Shown here piece by piece: positions 58,921 through 64,000 of a stretch of 64,000 nt of DNA; the stretch's first letter is position 1, and every line of letters starts with the position of its first letter. A program made the translations under genes and the position numbers. The stretch is taken from positions 186,001-250,000 of the forward strand of contig QPMI01000048.1 in assembly GCA_004431415.1 (NCBI GenBank), in the 5' to 3' direction. The notes below the pieces were generated by a model. That model was given only the letters and a program-made list of their open reading frames with translations. It was not told the DNA's origin and made no database searches. Source of the stretch: Cyanophora paradoxa CCMP329. Its lineage: Eukaryota; Plantae; Glaucophyta.

Positions 58921-61258
58921 CGGACCGAAGATCAGGGTGAGGGCCGGGGGCGACGACGACGGCCTGGGGTAGGCCGCGAGGGCCCCCGCGAGGCCCTCGA
59001 GGGCCCCGGCGAGCGCCGCGCCGTCCCGCTCGAGCTCACGGCTGAGGCGCAGCGTACCCAGCCCCCGCAGCGCCGGGGGGAGCCGAAGGGCGTCCAAGTC
59101 CGCCCGGTCCACCTCGGGGCCGAGCTGCGGGGCGCGGGGGCGGGGGGTACCGTTAGGGCGCGTTGTAAGTTTGGAGGGTGGGGGTACGGGCGGACCGTCA
59201 AGGACCCGCTGAGGAGCTCGAGCGCGGCGAGGCGAGGGAGGGCGCGCAGGGCGGCGGCGGAGAGCCGTCCCTCGAAGCAGAGCCTGGCCATGGGGCGGAG
59301 TCGGCCGAGATCTTTTGCGAGGCCCGGGGTACGGCACGGACTCTTTGAGGGAGAGGGCGGCGGGTCCGGCGGCGAGGCCCTCGAGGAGCGGGCCAGCATC
59401 CGGGCAGTGAGGCCGGCCGGCCGAGCCGCCGCCGCTCCTGGCCTTCAGGTACTCCAGGGAGGCCGCGCCCGAGAGGCCGCCGGCCGCCTCGAAGCCGCCC
59501 AAGGTGATCCCCAGCTGCGCGGCCCCGCGTGAACATCTGAAGGGGGAAGGCGGGGGTGGGGGTGGGGGGGGGGGGGTTGAGGGGCCGGGGTACTGTGCTG
59601 GGGCGCACCCGCTTGAGGTGGGGGAGGGACCGGCCGACGGCGTCCGCGGCGGCCCGGTCGACGTACCAGCAGCGGGGGAGGGCGAAAACCTCCAGGTTCG
59701 ACAGGGGGCGAAGGCGGGGCTCCAGGGGAAGGGCACGCCCCCGGAGCCGTTCGCGAAGTGACAGAGCAGCTTAAAGCTGCGGAGCGCCGGGCAGGCGGCG
59801 GCGCCCGCGGCCGGAGGCACGAGGGCGAGGAGCAGCGCCTCCAGAGCGGCGGCGGCGTCGCCCACGAGGTAGACGCACTCGATGGCGACTTCGCCGAGGC
59901 CGCCGCTCGCCGCCGCGACGCACGCCGCGACGAGGGCGACCGCCGTCTGGAACCAGTCGGCCCAGTCTTCCGCGAGCGACGCCTTCGCGTACGCTTCGGA
60001 GCCCATCTCCACGCGCAGCGACGCGCCAGGGGCGACGCGGACCCACCGCGTCTGGCGCCGACGGCGGGATCTCCCTCGGGCTCCTCGACGCCAACTGCGG
60101 GATATCGATCGACGAGGAGCTTCACGAGCCGCTCTGGGCGCATGAGGCCCTTGCCGACTACGTCGAGCCGCCGCCACTGGATCGCCTCGACGGCCTCCCG
60201 CCAGCTCCTGCAGACCGCGCGCGCCGCGGCCGCGTGCTGCAGGCCCAAGAACTGCAGGACCTCCGAGAGTACGCCGTCCGGGAGCCGATCGAATGCGAAG
60301 GGCGCTGCTTCTGGTGCATGTAAACCCGTATGCGAAGCCGCAGCGCTAGCTGCAGCTGTTTGTGCGCTGACGTTCTCGGGCGCGTCATCGCTCATCGCCT
60401 CTGAGCTCGTGCCCTCGGCTGGAGAACCGAACGCAGCTGAGCTGTGCGGGGATCGCGCGCCTGGGTCGAGGCTTCCGGCAATCCGTCCTGGGCCTTATGC
60501 AGCGCTGTACCCCATAGAGAGACCACCAGTCACCCGCCGCTCGCTCGCCGGCCGCCGCTCAGGCATTCCAAGGCATCCAAGCCCGCATTCCAACTTCGGA
60601 GGCCCCGCTTTCAATCAGCCCGCTTGCCCGAGTGCTCGGCGCACAGCGCAAACCACTTCCAGCCAGGCCCCAGCTCGTCTGTTCCAGCCCGCTCTTAGCG
60701 GGCTTCTTAGCTCTGTCTTTCGCACTGCATGGCGGACGAAGACGAGCCGGAAAGCTCGTGCTTGATGCCGCCGTCGACCTCCGCACCCGCGCCGCTCGTC
60801 TCCGAGAAGCCGAACTCGGAGCTCGCGGCACAGCTCGGCGTCTACACGCCGCTGCCGTCGACCTCGGCACCGTGCGCCGGGCCGGCGAGGAGCCCGCCGG
60901 GCTGCCTTCGAGCCTCACCTCGCCCGCTCGCCCGCCGCCGAGCGCAGGAACCTCGCGCTTGGCAAGCCCGTCATAGCATCCACATCTGCAGCGGGCGGAG
61001 GGCCCTGGCTCGCCGTAGGCGCGCCCGCCCGCGAAAGCTCGGCGCTTCTAGTCTGACGCGCCGCCGGCGCTCTCCGCAGACGGGCGCGGCAAAGATGGGG
61101 GCTACGCGGACGAAAAGGGCTTTCCAACGGGGTACCACAGCAACGGCGTTGAGAACGTTCCCTGGTGGCAGGTGCGAGGGGTCCCGCCCCCTCCCGCGCC
61201 CAGCGCCAGCCCGTCTCCGCCGCACTCGCTGACGCCCGCCGCCCCGCGGCTCGCCTGC
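57046..61258. repeat. Tandem segmental duplication, copy 2
   Basis: Differs from copy 1 only by a few SNPs, 1-bp indels and G-run lengths. Confidence 0.95.
57939..60395 (-). CDS. F-box protein, copy 2 (two 1-bp deletions relative to copy 1)
   Basis: Same sequence as 53745-56184; deletions near 60048 (accgcgt versus accgccgt) and 59725 (4 G versus 5 G) shift the frame. Confidence 0.7.
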
Positions 61259-64000
61259 AGGTCGACCTGGGGGTGCGCCCTGCGTCTTCGTCCCACCGCT
61301 GGTACCCTCCCTCCAAACTTCGTCGCAGGCACACTACCGAATAGGGAAAGTCGTTATCTACAACCGATCCGACGGGGCGGCGCCTAGGCTAAAGGACTTC
61401 ACAGTAACAATATTCAGGAACGCTCAGGAGGTGCGCCGCGCCCCCCACTGTCCGCGGCCAACACGTCGTTTGGGACTGAACACGGCACTGAACGAGCGTA
61501 CCCCCCGCAGATTTGGTCGCAGCACTTTCCCGTGCCTCCAGAGGGGTACAACAACCACATTGTAGACATCCTGGTACCCGAAGGCGTCCAGGGTACCCTG
61601 TCTTCCTTTCTCGTTCCCTCGCCCCTGGCTTAGCCCTACCCCCGCAGGCAACCTGGTTAGAATATGGATGCCAAAGGGGGGTATACTGAACCTGCCCGAA
61701 GTCGAGGTTTTCGGTGCGCCGGGACGGGGGTACGGCTGCGTGTCCTCGTACCGCTGAACGCCGCACCCTTCCCGGGTACCCTTATCGCAGAGAACCGGTA
61801 CCGCCACATAGACGGGGGCGCGCAGCTCGTCGACGAGACCTGGGTACGGCTTTTCCGAAGCTACCTGACCGTATCCCTGAGCCGCGAGCAGGCGCCCGGC
61901 CTGGAGCTGTACCCCTACCACGCAGCCGAGCCCCCGGGTACAGGCGAGGCGCTCGAAGGGCCAGGGGGTGGCCTGGCAGCGGACGAAGACCCCCACGGGG
62001 CCGCGGACCCGGGGTACGGCGTCGCGCACCCGGGGGGGTACGCCGAGCTGTTCGGGGACGGCGGCTGGCAGGGCGGAGCCGACGAGCAGGCGTGGGGCTC
62101 CGTCTAGCGGCCATAGCAGCGCGCGGCCTGCAGCTGAGACCTCGGTCCGCGGCTCCGACCTTGGCGCGCGGCGTCCCTGCAGCTGCCCGCCTGTTTCTTT
62201 CAAGCGTTGGCCCCGTCCCTCCCCACCCCGCCGCTCTACCCCCAGCCCCGGCCGCCTCTCCGCATCCCCCAGGGCCCGAGCCAGTCCCGCAAGTGCGCCC
62301 GGCGCCCAAAAGCCCCCCGCCCCCCGCCCCCCGCCCGCCTTCCGAACCGGAGGGCGGCAGGCTCCAGAACGGGCGGGCGACGCTGCCGGACATCCGGGCG
62401 GGGGAGCTCCCGCCGGCCGACGGGGGCAGCGGGGCGGGGGCGGGGGAGGGGCAGGGGGCGCGCGCCTGCCACGTCGCGTGCGCCGGCCTTCTGGGGCCCG
62501 CTCCCTCTCCTTTGCTTTGCTTTGCTCTGCGTTCGTCTCACGCGAGTGTGTGCGCAGACGCGCCGCAGCGGCTGCGGGGGGCGCACGAGGGGGCGCTCCC
62601 CGTGCAGAACCGGCAGCCGGCCTCCCTCCCACTCCTCCTCGTCGCCGCCTCGGGCGACCCCGTACCCTCCCGCGCCTTCGCCCAGGCCCGCCCGCGTACA
62701 TATACCCCACCCGCCCCGCCCCGCCCTTCTCACGCCCCACGGCTCCGGACCCCCCTCGCCCCTCGAAGTGCACAGCGGGGCGCCGCTGCCGCCCCTCTCC
62801 GTGCGGGCCGCGGGCGCTCGACGAGGATGGCTCCCGATCGGTGGCCGCCTCGGCCGCCGGCGCCGTGCACGTCGGCCCCCGCCTCCCCATCCGCATCCCC
62901 CTCAAGGCCGGCGTCGCCCCCCTCGCCCTCCTCCGCGCCTCCCTGGTCCGCCCCCCCGCCCCCTCCAGTCGCCCCCGCTTCGCCTGACCGCGCCGGCCCC
63001 GCCCCGCCCGCCCGCTCGGCCAGCAGCGGGACCGGAGCCGCCTGCGCGCGAGGCCGGCGTCCACTCCATCCGCTTCGCCCTCGTCCCCGCCGCCCCCTCC
63101 GCCGTCCGCCGCCGCCCCGCCGCCTCCGCCCCCGGCCCGTGCGCCCCGGCCTCTGCCGCGCCTCGCCTACCCTCGCCTGAGCAGGGCGCCCAGGAGGTGG
63201 AGGCGGCGGCGGTATCGGTGCGGGTGGTGCCGGCGGCGGAGCGGGCGGAGCGCGTCGTCCTGCGCCTCCCGCCGGGCGCCCTCGCCTGCGAGGCCGGCGC
63301 CACGCTCCCCGACATCCCTGTGAGCCGCCCCGGCCCCTGCCCTCCACGCCCCGCCCCTTCCTCCACGCCCCCCCGTACTCTTCGCCCCCCACGGTCCCCG
63401 CAGGCGGAGGTGCTCTCGGAGACGGGGGCCCCTCTGCGGCTCCCCGACGAGGCGCCCCGCCCCTGCCCCATCCGCGTCTCCGCCCCGCCCCTGAGGGCCG
63501 CGCAGGTGCCCGGGGAGGCGCCAGGGTACGTGTTCCGGGAGGTGCCGGCCCTGCGGGAGGCGATTCGGCCTCGCCGCGAGCGGCGCGCCAGACGCCTCCG
63601 TCGCCCCCGCCGCCTGCGACCTCACCGTCCGCCCGGTCCGCGCGCCCCTCCCCCGCCCTCCTGCTCGGCCCGAGAGCCGAGGCCGCCTGCAGGGGCGCCG
63701 CACGCGCTGCGGGTGGCGGCGGAGGGCGGGGCGACGGGGCTGCAGCTGGGGACGGGCGCCGCGCTCCCAAGCCTCGCCCTCGAGCTCCTCGACCGCTTCG
63801 AGAACCCCGCGCCGGCGCCACCCGCCCCGCCCTCCGCCTCGCCTGCTTTGTCTCCGCCTCGGGCGGCCGTGCCGCGGACCGGAGGCCCGGCGTCCCAGGT
63901 GGCGGCGGCGGCGGGGCCGGTGGCGTGGCCGGCGGGGCACGCGAGCGTCGTGCTGTCCGGCCTCACCATCGGCGACGGGTGCTTCCCTGCTCCTGTCCCC
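60729..64000 (+). CDS. F-type lectin (fucolectin / F5-8 type C-like) domain protein, partial, continues past the window
   Basis: Spliced: NLALGKPVIAST...PWLAVDG...GYHSNGVENVPWWQVDLG..YRIGKVVIYNRSDGAAPRLKDFTV...GNLVRIWMPKGGILNLPEVEVF. Confidence 0.85.

Noticed and set aside
61424-63064. 546-aa minus-strand ORF
   Set aside because: Arg/Gly/Pro-rich shadow frame opposite the spliced lectin gene.
1-64000. tRNA, rRNA or telomeric repeats
   Set aside because: None recognised by eye; a tRNAscan-SE/Infernal run would be needed to exclude small RNAs.

Overview
GC-rich, intron-dense eukaryotic nuclear DNA. It is probably a glaucophyte alga such as Cyanophora, inferred from an MAF-type plastid transit peptide, short introns and high GC. 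Most long ORFs in the track are exon fragments or GC shadow frames, so genes were spliced by eye and exon boundaries are approximate. Genes, left to right: BRCT-containing DNA polymerase lambda; a hypothetical protein; a FUN14 protein with a probable plastid transit peptide; an F-box/LRR gene; a Cys-rich membrane protein; an FkbM methyltransferase head-to-head with cohesin subunit SA/Scc3 (STAG); a secreted, probably GPI-anchored (SP)n protein; a TPR-like protein; a SLAC1/TDT anion channel fused to a degenerate hemerythrin-like domain; and an F-type lectin-domain gene running off the window. Mobile and repeated DNA: a structurally complete 6.3-kb Ngaro-type tyrosine-recombinase retrotransposon with identical split direct repeats, two related MITEs, and a near-identical 4.2-kb tandem duplication carrying an F-box gene and the 5' end of the lectin gene. 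Less obvious signals: very frequent GC-AG introns with a GY(G/C)CGC-like donor, two regional intron types (GTACCCC-rich versus AATT/TATA-rich), an in-frame duplicated mini-exon in STAG, and upstream motifs shared by unrelated genes.
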